This document shows positions 28,598 through 39,253 of a stretch of 64,000 bases of DNA, in pieces. The notes beneath the pieces are model-generated. The model was not told the DNA's origin and did no database searches. It saw nothing but the letters and a program-made list of their open reading frames with translations. Every line of letters begins with the position of its first letter. The first letter of the stretch is position 1. Position numbers and translations under genes: made by a program. The DNA is from Rubrivivax sp. (GTDB taxonomy: Bacteria > Pseudomonadota > Gammaproteobacteria > Burkholderiales > Burkholderiaceae_C): positions 14,460-78,459 of the forward strand of contig JANNQO010000088.1 of assembly GCA_031400795.1 (NCBI GenBank), given 5' to 3'.

Positions 28598-30088
28598 TCA
28601 TGCCGTAAACCAATGCTCGCGCGCCTTCATGATCAGGTCGCGGGCTTTGGCTTCTTCCATGCCGGTCATCTCGGTCAGCTCGTCCAGCGCCAGGTCGGCC
28701 AGCTCGTCGCGCGTATGCACGCCGCCGTCCGACAGCTTGGCAATCAGCTCGGGCGTCAGGCCTCGACCGTCGTATTCCAGATCGCGCAGATCCTGCGAGA
28801 CTTCTTCGACCTTTTCTTCGCGCTCGATCTCCATCGTCAGCAGCGCGTCTTTGGCGCGGGTGCGCAGCTCCTGCACGGTGTCTTCGTCGAAGCCTTCGAT
28901 CTCGAGCATCTCCTGCAGCGGCACGTAGGCCACTTCTTCCAGGCTCGTGAATCCTTCGGCGATGAGGATATCGGCCACCTCCTGATCGACGTCGAGTTTC
29001 TGCACGAACAACTCGCGCGTCTTGTCGGACTCGGCAGTGCTTTTGACCTGCGATTCTTCGGCGGTCATGATGTTGATGCGCCAGCCGGTGAGGTCGCTGG
29101 CCAGGCGCACGTTTTGGCCGCCGCGGCCGATGGCGATGGCCAGGTTCTCTTCGTCGACCACCACGTCCATGGCATGGCGCTCTTCGTCGACGACGATCGA
29201 CTGCACGTTGGCCGGCGCCAGCGCGCCGATGACGAACTGCGCCGGGTCTTCGCTCCACAGCACGATGTCCACTCGCTCGCCGGCGACCTCGGTGGTGACG
29301 CCGTTGACGCGCGAGCCGCGCACGCCCACGCAGGTGCCGATCGGGTCGACACGGCGGTCGTGCGAAATCACGGCGATCTTGGCGCGCGAGCCCGGGTCGC
29401 GCGCGCAGCTCTTGATCTCGAGCAGGCCCTGTTCGATCTCCGGCACTTCCTGCGCGAAGAGTTCGATCATGAAACCCGGCGCGCTGCGCGACAGCATGAT
29501 CTGCGCACCGCGCTGGGTCGCGTCAACGCCCATGATGAAGGCGCGCACGCGGTCGCCACTGCGCAGGTTCTCCTTGGGGATCATGTCGCTGCGCTTCAAG
29601 CGCCCTTCGACACGGCCGCTCTCGACGATGATGTCGCCCTTGTCCATGCGCTTGACGGTACCGACGAAGATCTTGTCGCCGCGCGACAGGAAGTCGTTGA
29701 GCAGCGTCTCGCGCTCGGCATCGCGGATTTTCTGCAGGATGACCTGCTTGGCGGCCTGCGCGCCGATGCGGCCGATCGTCACCGACTCCACCGCTTCTTC
29801 GATGTAGTCGCCTTCTTCGATGTCGGCGATGCGGTCTTGCGCGTCGGAGAGCATCTCCTCGGCGTCGGGGTTCTGCAGCCCGGCCTCGTTGGGCACCACC
29901 AGCCAGCGGCGGAACGTCTCGTAGTTGCCGGTGTCGCGATCCACCGCGACACGGATGTCCCACTCGGCGCCGTTGAGCTTCTTGGTGGCAGACGCCAGAG
30001 CGGCTTCGACGGCGCCGAAGACCACGTCGCGTTCCACCGTCTTCTCGCGCGAGATGGCATCCACCAGCATCAGCATTTCGCGATTCAT
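28598..30088 (-). CDS. nusA: Transcription termination/antitermination factor NusA
   Basis: Part of ORF 28598..30826 from ATG 30088 ([16 protein letters not shown]...). S1, KH and C-terminal acidic repeat regions recognisable. ATGA overlap with the rimP stop. Confidence 0.95.
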   Translation of the reverse strand: MNREMLMLVDAISREKTVERDVVFGAVEAALASATKKLNGAEWDIRVAVDRDTGNYETFRRWLVVPNEAGLQNPDAEEMLSDAQDRIADIEEGDYIEEAVESVTIGRIGAQAAKQVILQKIRDAERETLLNDFLSRGDKIFVGTVKRMDKGDIIVESGRVEGRLKRSDMIPKENLRSGDRVRAFIMGVDATQRGAQIMLSRSAPGFMIELFAQEVPEIEQGLLEIKSCARDPGSRAKIAVISHDRRVDPIGTCVGVRGSRVNGVTTEVAGERVDIVLWSEDPAQFVIGALAPANVQSIVVDEERHAMDVVVDEENLAIAIGRGGQNVRLASDLTGWRINIMTAEESQVKSTAESDKTRELFVQKLDVDQEVADILIAEGFTSLEEVAYVPLQEMLEIEGFDEDTVQELRTRAKDALLTMEIEREEKVEEVSQDLRDLEYDGRGLTPELIAKLSDGGVHTRDELADLALDELTEMTGMEEAKARDLIMKAREHWFTA

Positions 30089-30744
30089 CGAACCTTGCCT
30101 CCGTCGTCGGCTGCCGCGGGCGCGGCGGCCGCGCGGCGCCTTTCGCGCCGCAGCTTGCGGCCACTCTCGTGGCCCTTGAAATCGAGCACCGGCACGAGCC
30201 GGATTTCGCGCAATTCTTCGAGCTTGAAGTTCAGTTGCTGCTCGGCCTTGCCGTCGTGGAAGACGAGGCTCCAGCCGCTCGAGTCGCCCTGCAGCCTGCC
30301 GCGGAAGTTCTTGCGGCCGGCCAGCGGCATCTTCAGCACCAGCGTGATCTCGGCGCCAACATGGCGCGCGAAGTCGCCCTCGGTCTTCAGCGGCCGGTCC
30401 AGCCCCGGCGAAGAGACCTCGAGCCGCTCGTAGTCGATGCCCTCGACCTCGAGCACATAGCGCAACTGGCGCGTGACGGCTTCGCAATCGTCCACCGTCA
30501 CCGAGATACTCTCCCCCGTGGGATAAACCTGGCCGGCAATGCGGTCGATGGTGATGCGCAACAGGCCCCGCGCCGCGTGCTCGATTTCGACCAGTTCGTA
30601 GTGCAGGCCGGCCACCGTGCTCTCGATGGCCGTGGTGGTCGTACTGAGCCCCGCCGCGCTGGCAGCAGGCGGCGTGTACGCAGGACTGGAGGGCAATGTC
30701 AAGGCGAGCAAAGCAAAAAAAATGGGCTGGAGGATCCCGCCCAC
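30085..30744 (-). CDS. rimP: Ribosome maturation factor RimP (start uncertain)
   Basis: ORF 30085..30744 (GTG). Conserved part starts at ..[29 protein letters not shown]. The ~35 upstream codons are hydrophobic or low-complexity and contain in-frame TTG codons, so the true start may lie between ~30660 and 30744. Confidence 0.82.
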   Translation of the reverse strand: MGGILQPIFFALLALTLPSSPAYTPPAASAAGLSTTTTAIESTVAGLHYELVEIEHAARGLLRITIDRIAGQVYPTGESISVTVDDCEAVTRQLRYVLEVEGIDYERLEVSSPGLDRPLKTEGDFARHVGAEITLVLKMPLAGRKNFRGRLQGDSSGWSLVFHDGKAEQQLNFKLEELREIRLVPVLDFKGHESGRKLRRERRRAAAAPAAADDGGKVR

Positions 30745-30843
30745 TCGTGAAATTTCGGAAAGCGCGCATTATAGCCAGCGGCAACTGGTGGAACAAGGCG
30801 CATGCAAGAATCGAAATCCACCTCAAGCTCCCCCGGAGCCTCC

Positions 30844-31635
30844 ATGCCCTTTCTGGCCGGCAAGAAGTTGCTCATCACCGGTGTGCTCTCCAACCGCTCC
30901 ATCGCCTACGGCATAGCCCAAGCCTGCCGCCGCGAAGGCGCCGAACTGGCCTTCAGCTACCAGGGCGAGCGCTTCAAAGACCGCATCACCGAATACGCCG
31001 CCGGGTTCGGCTCGTCGCTCGTCTTCCCCTGCGACGTGGCCGACGACGCACAGATCGATGCGCTCTTCAAAGGCTTGGCCGAAACCTGGCCCGAGTTCGA
31101 CGGCCTGGTGCACGCCATCGGCTACGCGCCGCGCGAGGCCATCGCCGGCGACTTCCTCGAAGGCATCACACGCGAGAACTTCCGTGTCGCGCACGACATC
31201 TCGGCCTACAGCTTCGCGGCGCTGGCCAAGGCCGCGGCGCCGAGGCTGCGCGCCGGCGCTGCTTTGCTCACGCTCACCTACCTGGGCGCGGCGAGGGCGG
31301 TGCCCAACTACAACACCATGGGCCTGGCCAAGGCCTCGCTGGAGGCCAGCGTGCGCTACCTCGCGCTGAGCCTGGGCGCGCGCGGCGTGCGCGTCAACGG
31401 CATCTCGGCCGGCCCGATCAGGACGGTGGCTGCAGCCGGAATCCAGGGATTTTCGAAGATGCTCGCCGTGGTGGCGCAAGGCACACCGCTGAAGCGCAAC
31501 GTCAGCATCGAAGAAGTCGGCAACGTCGCCGCCTTCCTGCTGTCCGATCTGGCGCAAGGCGTCAACGCCGAGATCACCTACGTCGACGGCGGCTTCAGCG
31601 AGATGGCGCTGGCGCTGGCGACGGCTGGGGAGTAG
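30844..31635 (+). CDS. fabI: Enoyl-[acyl-carrier-protein] reductase (NADH) FabI
   Basis: Part of ORF 30802..31635 from ATG 30844. [45 protein letters not shown] (Tyr/Lys catalytic pair context). Confidence 0.92.
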   Translation: MPFLAGKKLLITGVLSNRSIAYGIAQACRREGAELAFSYQGERFKDRITEYAAGFGSSLVFPCDVADDAQIDALFKGLAETWPEFDGLVHAIGYAPREAIAGDFLEGITRENFRVAHDISAYSFAALAKAAAPRLRAGAALLTLTYLGAARAVPNYNTMGLAKASLEASVRYLALSLGARGVRVNGISAGPIRTVAAAGIQGFSKMLAVVAQGTPLKRNVSIEEVGNVAAFLLSDLAQGVNAEITYVDGGFSEMALALATAGE

Positions 31636-33536
31636 GCCCAGGCGTCGGCAGCGGCGGTCAGCGGCTGTGCGTGGTCAGCCGCGCCAGCGACAGCCCGACG
31701 CCGGTTTCGCGCCGCGCGTCCTCGGGGCGCGCCTTCGTCGAGTTCCGGGTTCGGCGCGCCGCCCACCGCCTCGCCGCTGCGCCGCATCGCCACGCCCACC
31801 GCCAGGATGTCGATCACCAGCAGGTGCAGGATGCGGCTGATCATCGGCATCTGCGTGTCGACGTCTTCCACATGGTCGACGACCAGCGCCACGTCGGCCT
31901 TGCGCGCCAGCGGCGAGCTGCCGGCGGTGATGGCCAGCACCGCGGCACCGCGCGCATGCGCCTCGTCGGCTACCTGCAGCAGCTCGCTGATCTTGCCGCT
32001 GCTGGAGACGATCACCACCACGTCGCCGGCGCGCAGCACCTTGGCCGCGAGCAGCTGCACGCGCGAATCGGTGTAGGCCACGGTGGAGATGCCGAAGCGC
32101 AGGAACTTCAGCTGCGCGTCCTGCGCCACCACCACCGAGTGGCCGACGGCGTGGAACTCTATGCGCGGCGCTGCGATGAGCAGTTCGATGGCGCGGTCGA
32201 TCGCCTCCCGGTTGAGGTGGCTGCGCACTTGCAGGATCGCCGAAGCCGTGTTCGAGAGCACTTTCGCGCCCAGCTCGAGCATCGAGTCGTCGCCTGTCAC
32301 CTGCGTGTGCGCCAGCGGCATGGTGCCGCTGAGCGCCGAAGACAGCCGCAGCTTGAAGTCCGACAAGCCGTCGCAGCCCAGCGATCGGCAAAAGCGGATC
32401 ACCGTGGGCTGGCTCACGGCCGCCGCCTTGGCGATCTCGACAATCGGGTTGCCGAGCACCGAGCGCGGATGCGCCAGCACATGTTCGGCAACGCGCTTCT
32501 CTGCTGCGGAGAGGTCGCCCAGCGAGCGTTTCACCTGGTCGAGGATCGCCGAGGGCGAGCCCGCCGGCCGCTTGGCCAGCTGCGCCTCGAGGATCGCCGA
32601 CACGCCGACGAAGGTGGCCTGTTCGGCGGTGATGACGTAGGTGGGGATCGGCGCCAGGTAGACGCTGTGGCGGCCATGGTCTTCGAAGCGGGCGCGAAAG
32701 CGCGAACGGTCGAACAGCGTGCCAAGCCGGGGCACGATGCCGCCGCCGATGTAGACGCCGCCCATCGCGCCCAGCGTCACCGCCAGGTTGCCGGCCGCGG
32801 TGCCGAGCATGGCGCAGAAAACGTCCACCGCCTCGACACAGCGCGCATCCTCGCCGGCCAGCGACAGCCGCGTGATCTCGGGCGCACGCAGCGCCGGCGT
32901 GCGCAGCCCGGCGCGGTCGGTGAGTGCAGCGTGGATCAGCTCAAGCCCCGGCCCGGACAACAAGCGCTCGAACGAGACATGCGGGTGGTGCTGCCAGGCG
33001 AACTGCAGGATCGCCAGCTCACGCTCGTCGCGCGGCGAGAAACTGGCGTGGCCGCCTTCCGAGCCGAGCGAGATCCAGCCCTGCTCGGCCGGGATCAGCC
33101 CCGACATCCCCAGCCCACTGCCCGACCCGAGCAGCCCGACCACGCTGTGGGCGCGTGGCGTGCCGCCGCCGATCTGACGCCGGTCGGCCGGGGCCAGCCG
33201 CGGCAACGCCATCGCCAGCGCGGTGAAGTCGTTGACCACCAGCAGCGTGTCCAGGGCGAGCCGCCGGCGCATCTCTTCGATCGAGAACTGCCAGTGGTAG
33301 TTGGTCATGCGCACGGCGTCGCCGGCCACCGGGTTGGCGATGGCAATGGCCGCATGCCGCACCGGGCCGCACTGCGACTGCGACAGGTAGGCTTGCACCG
33401 CCGCGTGAAAGTCTTCGTGGTCGGCGCAGCGCAGCGAGGCCACCTGCTCGAAGCGGCCCGGCTCGTTGACCAGCGCGAAGCGCGCAAACGTGCCGCCGAT
33501 GTCGGCGATCAGGCGAGGCGGGGCGCTGCTGGACAT
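31578..33536 (-). CDS. Fusion protein: glucokinase (N-terminal) + RpiR/HexR-type HTH-SIS transcriptional regulator (C-terminal)
   Basis: 652-aa ORF. N-terminal [15 protein letters not shown]...[16 protein letters not shown] (Glk family). Then [46 protein letters not shown] (HTH_6) and a SIS domain ([12 protein letters not shown]...[10 protein letters not shown]). The ~65-aa low-complexity tail overlaps the fabI 3' end by 58 nt. Confidence 0.85.
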   Translation of the reverse strand: MSSSAPPRLIADIGGTFARFALVNEPGRFEQVASLRCADHEDFHAAVQAYLSQSQCGPVRHAAIAIANPVAGDAVRMTNYHWQFSIEEMRRRLALDTLLVVNDFTALAMALPRLAPADRRQIGGGTPRAHSVVGLLGSGSGLGMSGLIPAEQGWISLGSEGGHASFSPRDERELAILQFAWQHHPHVSFERLLSGPGLELIHAALTDRAGLRTPALRAPEITRLSLAGEDARCVEAVDVFCAMLGTAAGNLAVTLGAMGGVYIGGGIVPRLGTLFDRSRFRARFEDHGRHSVYLAPIPTYVITAEQATFVGVSAILEAQLAKRPAGSPSAILDQVKRSLGDLSAAEKRVAEHVLAHPRSVLGNPIVEIAKAAAVSQPTVIRFCRSLGCDGLSDFKLRLSSALSGTMPLAHTQVTGDDSMLELGAKVLSNTASAILQVRSHLNREAIDRAIELLIAAPRIEFHAVGHSVVVAQDAQLKFLRFGISTVAYTDSRVQLLAAKVLRAGDVVVIVSSSGKISELLQVADEAHARGAAVLAITAGSSPLARKADVALVVDHVEDVDTQMPMISRILHLLVIDILAVGVAMRRSGEAVGGAPNPELDEGAPRGRAARNRRRAVAGAADHAQPLTAAADAWAYSPAVASASAISLKPPST

Positions 33537-33570
33537 GTGCGGGCAAACGATCTCTTCAGGTTCGTATCAA

Positions 33571-33585
33571 TGTAGCCTGACTACA
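33571..33585. promoter_or_regulatory. Palindromic operator candidate TGTAG-N5-CTACA (copy 1)
   Basis: TGTAGCCTGACTACA, beginning 35 bp upstream of the glk-rpiR start codon, in the 159-bp divergent spacer. Confidence 0.6.
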
Positions 33586-33667
33586 TGCCCGCCGCCAACA
33601 TGGCGGAACCCTGAGGTGAGCGCTTTGGCAAACAGCGCAGTCAGGGTTGTTCCGGTTGTCAGACCGT

Positions 33668-33682
33668 TGTAGTTTAGCTACA
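33668..33682. promoter_or_regulatory. Palindromic operator candidate TGTAG-N5-CTACA (copy 2)
   Basis: TGTAGTTTAGCTACA, ending 14 bp upstream of the glk ATG (33696). Confidence 0.6.
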
Positions 33683-33695
33683 TTGAGAATATGGC

Positions 33696-34742
33696 ATGCG
33701 GCATCCGATTGACTTGACGACAAACGCAGCTCCTCTGTCGCACGGCGCCCGCCTGGTGGCCGATATCGGCGGCTCCAACGCGCGCTTCGGCTGGCTGGCG
33801 CCAGGCAGTGCGCTGATCGAGCAGGTGCAGACGCTGCCGGTGGCCCAGCATGCCTGCCTGGCCGATGCCGCGGCCACGTACCTTGACAGCCTGCGGCAGA
33901 CGCTCGCGGGCCGTTTCAGCAGACCGGCCGGCGCCGCGCTGGCAGTGGCCACTGCCGTCACCGGCGACACCGTCGAGTTGACCAACAGCAGCTGGAGTTT
34001 TTCGCAAGCCGATCTGCGCGCCGCACTGCGGCTGGACAGCTTGCGCGTGCTGAACGATTTCGAGGCGCTCGCGCTGGCCTTGCCCCGCCTGGATCGCAAC
34101 CAGCTGCGTCCGCATGGCCAGTGGCCACCGCCGCCGGGCACGAAGGCGGTGATCGGCCCGGGCACCGGGCTGGGTGTGGCCTGTGCCACGCCCACGCGGC
34201 AAGGCTGGCTGGCGCTGCCCGGCGAAGGCGGGCACATGAGCATCGCGCCCGGCGATGACTTCGAATCAGCCCTGCTCGCGGTGGTGCGCGGCCGCTACGA
34301 GCATGTCTCTGCCGAGCGGCTGCTGTCGGGCATCGGCTTGCCGGTGTTGCATGCCGCGGTGTGCCAAGTGCTGGGGGTGGCAGAAGTGGCTGCCCTGGAA
34401 GCGCCGCTGATCGTCGACCAGGGCCTGGCCGGAGAAGCCAGCTGCCTGCGCACGCTGGAGACGTTTTGCGCGTTGCTCGGCAGCTTCGCCGGCAACGTCG
34501 CGCTGACCGCCGGTGCGCGCGGCGGCGTCTACATCGGCGGCGGCATCGTGCCGCGGCTGGGCGAGATGTTCTTCTTGTCGCGCTTCAGAGAGCGCTTCGA
34601 AGCCAAGGGCCGGCTGCGGCCTTACCTGGAAGCGATTCCCACGGCGCTGATCACCGACACGTTGGTTGCGCTGACCGGTGCGGCGGCAGCACTCGAGCCG
34701 ACAGTATCCGCCATGACCTGTAGTCAGACTACAAACAGCTGA
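33696..34742 (+). CDS. glk: Glucokinase (stand-alone second copy)
   Basis: 348-aa [48 protein letters not shown] motifs of the bacterial Glk family. Confidence 0.87.
   Translation: MRHPIDLTTNAAPLSHGARLVADIGGSNARFGWLAPGSALIEQVQTLPVAQHACLADAAATYLDSLRQTLAGRFSRPAGAALAVATAVTGDTVELTNSSWSFSQADLRAALRLDSLRVLNDFEALALALPRLDRNQLRPHGQWPPPPGTKAVIGPGTGLGVACATPTRQGWLALPGEGGHMSIAPGDDFESALLAVVRGRYEHVSAERLLSGIGLPVLHAAVCQVLGVAEVAALEAPLIVDQGLAGEASCLRTLETFCALLGSFAGNVALTAGARGGVYIGGGIVPRLGEMFFLSRFRERFEAKGRLRPYLEAIPTALITDTLVALTGAAAALEPTVSAMTCSQTTNS
34719..34733. promoter_or_regulatory. Palindromic operator candidate TGTAG-N5-CTACA (copy 3; perfect 7-1-7 palindrome)
   Basis: TGTAGTCAGACTACA inside the last codons of glk, about 200 bp upstream of the TonB-dependent receptor start. 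Confidence 0.5.
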
Positions 34743-34876
34743 CCAACCCGTTTCAGTTCGGGCAGATCGCCAGCGCCCGACTCGGGCTCTGCGTAGCTCG
34801 ACAGCCTTCACAGGCCGCAGTTGTTTCCTGGAGACACCTGTGCGGCCGTTTCGGGTTACCCCATGTTGCGTTCAAA

Positions 34877-34891
34877 TCTAGTATTAGTACA
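34877..34891. promoter_or_regulatory. Degenerate copy of the same palindrome (TGTAC-N5-CTAGA on the reverse strand)
   Basis: tctagtattagtaca, one mismatch per half-site, about 45 bp upstream of the receptor ATG in an AT-richer patch. Confidence 0.35.
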
Positions 34892-34935
34892 GACTGACGG
34901 CGATCACTAGATTCCCTTTTTACCGGAGACAAACC

Positions 34936-37632
34936 ATGACCCGATCGGCCGCTGCGCGTCGCCGTGCCATCCCCTCGTTCACGCCAAGTGGCAGCGCTTC
35001 CAGGTTTGCGCTGACGGCCAGCGCGGGTGCTGCGGCACTGCTGTTCGCGCTGCCGATCTCGGCGCAGACCACAGAAACCGTCACGGTCACCGGCATTCGG
35101 CGTGGCATCGAAAGTGCCATCTCGCAGAAGAAGGGCTCGGACAGCATCGTCGAAGCGATCAGCGCCGAAGACATCGGCAAGCTGCCCGACAGCAGCATCG
35201 CCGAGTCGATCGCACGATTGCCCGGCGTCGCCGCGCAGCGCGTGAATGGCCGTGCCACCGAGATCTCGATCCGCGGCCTGTCGGGCGACTTCGCGAACAC
35301 GCTGCTGAACGGCCGCGAGCAGGTCTCCACCGGCAACAACCGCAGCGTCGAGTTCGACCAGTACCCCTCGGAGCTGTTGGCCTCGGTGCTGATCTACAAG
35401 ACGCCCGACGCCGCCCTCGTGGGTCAAGGACTCTCGGGCACCATCGATCTGCAGACCGTGCGCCCCTTGAGCTTCGGCCAGCGCACGGTCTCGGTCAATC
35501 TGCGCGGCGAGAAAAACGGCCAGGGCACGCCGTTCAAGGGCGACGGCCAGCGCTTCAATGTCAGCTACATCGATCAGTTCGCCGGCAAGACGGTGGGCGT
35601 GGCCCTGGGCGTTGCGCGCCTGACGCAGAGCGTTCGCAAGTCGCGCACCGAAACCTACGACGAAAACGCGACGTTCAACCTGAGCGGCACCAACATCACC
35701 CACAACCAGGGCTTCAAGTACTTCGTCGACGACACCGACGAGACCCGAACCGCGGCGATGGGCGTGATCGAGTTCAAGCCGAACAAGAACCTGTCGAGCA
35801 CGATCGACCTGTTCTATTCGAAGTTCGAGAAGGACATCGTCAAGCGTGGCCTGGAAGTGCAGGTCAACGACAGCTGGAAGGGCGGCGACCTGTCGTACCA
35901 ATCGCCCACGCTGAGCAACCCCGTGGTGCAAGGCGGCCGCCTGATCAGCGGCGTGTGGGGCAACGTGAATCCGCTCACGCGCCACCTCGTCGAGCCGCGC
36001 AACGACGAGCTGAAGGCGCTGGGCTGGAACACGCGCTTCAAGCCCGCCGACAACTGGACGCTGGTGGGCGACTTGAGCTATTCGTCGGCGAAGAGCGTCG
36101 AGCAGATCATCGAGATGGAGGCGGGCGCCTACGACACGGTGCGCAACCGCCCGCTGCCGGGCACCGTGACGGTGGCCAACTACAACCAGATCACGGCCAT
36201 GCAGTACGACCTGGGCAACCCCTCGGTGGTACGGCTGACCGACCCCGAATCCTGGGGTCAGAACGGCTACGACAAGATCATCTCCACCGACGACAAGCTC
36301 AAGGCCGCGCGGCTGCAGGCCTCGCGTGATCTCGAAGGCTTCTTCAGCCGCGTCAACTTCGGCGTCAACATCACGCAGCGCGACAAGAACAAGGGCGCGG
36401 TCGAGCAGTTTCTGCGCCTGCCCGGCGGCAGCAGCTCGGGCGGGGCCGTGCCGGCCGGCGCCACTGCACTGGCCTTGCCCGGCACCAGCCTGAACGCGCT
36501 GAGCTTCGACTGGCGCGCGGCCTACCCCTCTTCGTACAACCTGGTGCCCAACGTCAACGGTGACATCCTGCGCAAGGGCTGGTCGGTCAACGAAGACGTG
36601 ACCACCGCCTTCGTCAAGGCGGACATCGACAGCGAGATGTTCGGCAGAGGGCTGCGCGGCAACATCGGCGTGCAGCTCGTGAAGACCGATCAGAAGTCGA
36701 CCGCACCGGTGGTGGACAACACGGCGCAGTCGAACTTCGTCGTGCGCACCGACGGCAAGAGCTATACCGACCTGCTGCCGGCCTTGAACCTGAGCATGGA
36801 CCTGGGCGGCGACCAGATCCTGCGCTTCGCGATGGCGCGCCAGATGGCCCGCCCGCGCATGGACCAGCTCAGTGCCTTCCGCCGCTCCGAGGTCAACGAC
36901 CAGCGCATCTGGGTCGGCAGCGGCGGCAACCCCAAGCTCGACCCGTTCCGCGCCAACGCGATCGACTTCGCGTACGAAAAGTATTTCGGCAACAAGGGCT
37001 ACGTGTCGGCGGCGCTGTTCTACAAGGATCTGAAGAGCTACATCTTCGAATCGACGAACACGCAGTTCGATTTCACCGGCTTCAGGAACCTTTCGAACCG
37101 CGTGCCGCTCTCGAACATCGGCCGTTTCTCGCAGCCGATCAACGGCACCGGCGGCAAGATCCAGGGCGTGGAGGTGGCGGTGTCGCTGCCGCTGAACATG
37201 CTCAGCACGGCGCTGGACGGCTTCGGTATCCAGGCCAGCTACGCCGACACCGACAGCAAGATCCAGCCCTTCGGCCCGACGATCACGATCCCGCTGCCGG
37301 GGCTGTCGCGCAAGGTGAGCACGCTCACTGCGTACTACGAAAAATCCGGCTTCTCGGCGCGCGTGGCCGGCCGTGACCGCTCGCCGTTCATTTCCGAGAT
37401 CGAAGGCTTCGGCGGCGACCGCGAGTACCGCTTCACGCGCCAGGAAACGATCGTCGACGTGCAGTTGGGCTACGAGATCCAGAGCGGGCCGGCGAAGGGG
37501 CTGAACTTCCTGCTGCAAGTGAACAACGCGACCAACGAGCCTTATCGCGAGTACGACTTCAGCAGCGGCCGCGACACCAAGACCGACACCTACGGCCGCA
37601 CGTTGCTGTTCGGCGTGACCTACAAGTTCTGA
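34936..37632 (+). CDS. TonB-dependent outer-membrane receptor (Xanthomonas/Caulobacter carbohydrate-type)
   Basis: 898-aa ORF. Signal peptide. Plug-domain blocks VTVTGIR..., IVEAISAEDIGKLPDSSIAESIARLPGV, ISIRGLSGDF. C-terminal ...LLFGVTYKF with terminal aromatic residue. Confidence 0.92.
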   Translation: MTRSAAARRRAIPSFTPSGSASRFALTASAGAAALLFALPISAQTTETVTVTGIRRGIESAISQKKGSDSIVEAISAEDIGKLPDSSIAESIARLPGVAAQRVNGRATEISIRGLSGDFANTLLNGREQVSTGNNRSVEFDQYPSELLASVLIYKTPDAALVGQGLSGTIDLQTVRPLSFGQRTVSVNLRGEKNGQGTPFKGDGQRFNVSYIDQFAGKTVGVALGVARLTQSVRKSRTETYDENATFNLSGTNITHNQGFKYFVDDTDETRTAAMGVIEFKPNKNLSSTIDLFYSKFEKDIVKRGLEVQVNDSWKGGDLSYQSPTLSNPVVQGGRLISGVWGNVNPLTRHLVEPRNDELKALGWNTRFKPADNWTLVGDLSYSSAKSVEQIIEMEAGAYDTVRNRPLPGTVTVANYNQITAMQYDLGNPSVVRLTDPESWGQNGYDKIISTDDKLKAARLQASRDLEGFFSRVNFGVNITQRDKNKGAVEQFLRLPGGSSSGGAVPAGATALALPGTSLNALSFDWRAAYPSSYNLVPNVNGDILRKGWSVNEDVTTAFVKADIDSEMFGRGLRGNIGVQLVKTDQKSTAPVVDNTAQSNFVVRTDGKSYTDLLPALNLSMDLGGDQILRFAMARQMARPRMDQLSAFRRSEVNDQRIWVGSGGNPKLDPFRANAIDFAYEKYFGNKGYVSAALFYKDLKSYIFESTNTQFDFTGFRNLSNRVPLSNIGRFSQPINGTGGKIQGVEVAVSLPLNMLSTALDGFGIQASYADTDSKIQPFGPTITIPLPGLSRKVSTLTAYYEKSGFSARVAGRDRSPFISEIEGFGGDREYRFTRQETIVDVQLGYEIQSGPAKGLNFLLQVNNATNEPYREYDFSSGRDTKTDTYGRTLLFGVTYKF

Positions 37633-37657
37633 CCGCGACGTAGACTTCCCTTCCAAG

Positions 37658-37689
37658 CCCTCGCCGGATCGTTCGGCGGGGGCTTTTTT
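37658..37689 (+). terminator. Rho-independent terminator after the TonB-dependent receptor
   Basis: 9-bp stem CCCTCGCCG/CGGCGGGGG (one G:U), 7-nt loop, followed by C-TTTTTT (37683-37689). Confidence 0.7.
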
Positions 37690-37712
37690 CCAAGGCGAGG
37701 AGCCGCGATCAC

Positions 37713-39245
37713 ATGCCGGCCGAACACATCAAGCACATCGTCATCGTCGGCGGCGGCACGGCCGGCTGGATGTCCGCGGCGGCGCTTTCCAAGTTGCTCG
37801 GCGCGGCCTGGCAGATCACGCTCGTCGAGTCCGAGGAGATCGGCATCGTCGGCGTCGGCGAAGCGACGATCCCCCTCATCAACATCTACAACCAGGCGCT
37901 CGAGCTCGACGAGAACGCCTTCATGCGCGAGACCAAGGCGACCTTCAAGCTCGGCATCGAGTTTGTCAACTGGGGCCGCGTCGGCGAGAGCTACATCCAC
38001 GGCTTCGGCCCGCTGGGCCCGGACATCGCGCTGTGCAAGTTCCACCACTACTGGCTGAAGATGCACGGTGCCGGCCGTGCCGCACCGCTGGACGAGTACT
38101 CGATCAACATCGCCGCGGCGCGCGCCAACAAGTTCATTCGCGCCGACCTCGAAATGGGCAACTCGCCGCTGGCCGAGATCTCGCACGCCTATCACTTCGA
38201 CGCCGGTCTGTACGCGGCCTTCCTGCGGCGCTACGCCGAGGCGCGCGGCGTGCAGCGCATCGAAGGCAAGATCAGCGGCGCCACCACGCGCGCCGAGAAC
38301 GGTTTCATCGATGCCGTGGTCATGGAAAGCGGCCGGCGCATCGAAGGTGATCTGTTCGTCGATTGTTCGGGCTTTCGCGGCCTGCTCATCGAGCAGACGC
38401 TGCACACCGGCTACGACGACTGGTCGCACTGGCTGCCTTGCAACCGCGCGCTGGCGGTGCCTTGTGCGTCGGTGGCGCCGCTGCTGCCCTACACCCGCGC
38501 CACGGCACGCAGCGCCGGCTGGCAATGGCGCATCCCGCTGCAGCACCGCATCGGCAACGGCTATGTGTATTGCAGCGAGTTCATCGCCGACGACGAAGCG
38601 CGCAGCACGCTGCTGGCGAACCTGGACGGCAAAGCGCTGGCCGAGCCGCGGCCGCTGCGCTTCGTCACCGGCAAGCGGCGCCGGCTGTGGAACAAGAACG
38701 TCGTCGCGGTGGGTCTGGCCAGCGGCTTCATGGAGCCGCTCGAGTCGACCAGCATCCACCTGATCCAGAACACGATCGCGCGGCTGACCACGTTCTTCCC
38801 GTTCAGCCGCTTCGACGAGGCCGACATCGCCGAATTCAACAAACAAAGCGACTTCGAGTTCGAACGCATCCGCGACTTCCTGATCCTGCACTACAAGGCC
38901 ACCGAGCGCGACGACAGCGAGTTCTGGAACTACTGCCGCACGATGTCGATCCCCGACACGCTGCAGCACAAGATCGATCTGTTCCGCAGCAACGGACGCG
39001 TCTTTCGCGAGAACGCCGAGTTGTTCTCCGAGATCAGCTGGGTCGAGGTGTTTCTCGGCCAGCACGTCACGCCCAGCGGCTACCACGCGCTGGTGGACAC
39101 CTTGTCCGAGCAGCGCATCGGCGAATTCCTGGAGAACGTGCGCGGCACCATCGCACGCTGCGTGCAAGCCATGCCCACGCATGCCGAGTACGTGGCGCAG
39201 CAGTGCGCACAGCAGCCCGACGCGGTGGCGGCCTTGGCTGCCTGA
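37713..39245 (+). CDS. Flavin-dependent tryptophan-halogenase-family protein (receptor-associated subfamily, function unknown)
   Basis: 510-aa ORF. IVIVGGGTAGWMSA (GxGxxG), GVGEATIP, ATFKLGIEFVNW (Lys at the position of the halogenase catalytic Lys as remembered from PrnA), GWQWRIPLQHRIGNGYVY (WxWxIP). Confidence 0.85.
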   Translation: MPAEHIKHIVIVGGGTAGWMSAAALSKLLGAAWQITLVESEEIGIVGVGEATIPLINIYNQALELDENAFMRETKATFKLGIEFVNWGRVGESYIHGFGPLGPDIALCKFHHYWLKMHGAGRAAPLDEYSINIAAARANKFIRADLEMGNSPLAEISHAYHFDAGLYAAFLRRYAEARGVQRIEGKISGATTRAENGFIDAVVMESGRRIEGDLFVDCSGFRGLLIEQTLHTGYDDWSHWLPCNRALAVPCASVAPLLPYTRATARSAGWQWRIPLQHRIGNGYVYCSEFIADDEARSTLLANLDGKALAEPRPLRFVTGKRRRLWNKNVVAVGLASGFMEPLESTSIHLIQNTIARLTTFFPFSRFDEADIAEFNKQSDFEFERIRDFLILHYKATERDDSEFWNYCRTMSIPDTLQHKIDLFRSNGRVFRENAELFSEISWVEVFLGQHVTPSGYHALVDTLSEQRIGEFLENVRGTIARCVQAMPTHAEYVAQQCAQQPDAVAALAA

Positions 39246-39253
39246 CACCCGGC

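Noticed and set aside
25794-28928. 1044-aa ORF on the + strand. Similar very long ORFs occur at 34753-37656 (-), 21847-24162 (+), 30696-33575 (+), 50295-53096 (+), 14620-16086 (-) and 44081-45865 upstream part.
   Set aside because: All are antisense to, or out of frame with, genes that have unmistakable homology (infB, TonB receptor, typA, fabI/glk-rpiR, M1 fusion, DUF885, malF). Their translations are Arg/Ala/Gly/Pro/His-rich with no motifs. This is the expected stop-codon-poor shadow of high-GC coding DNA.
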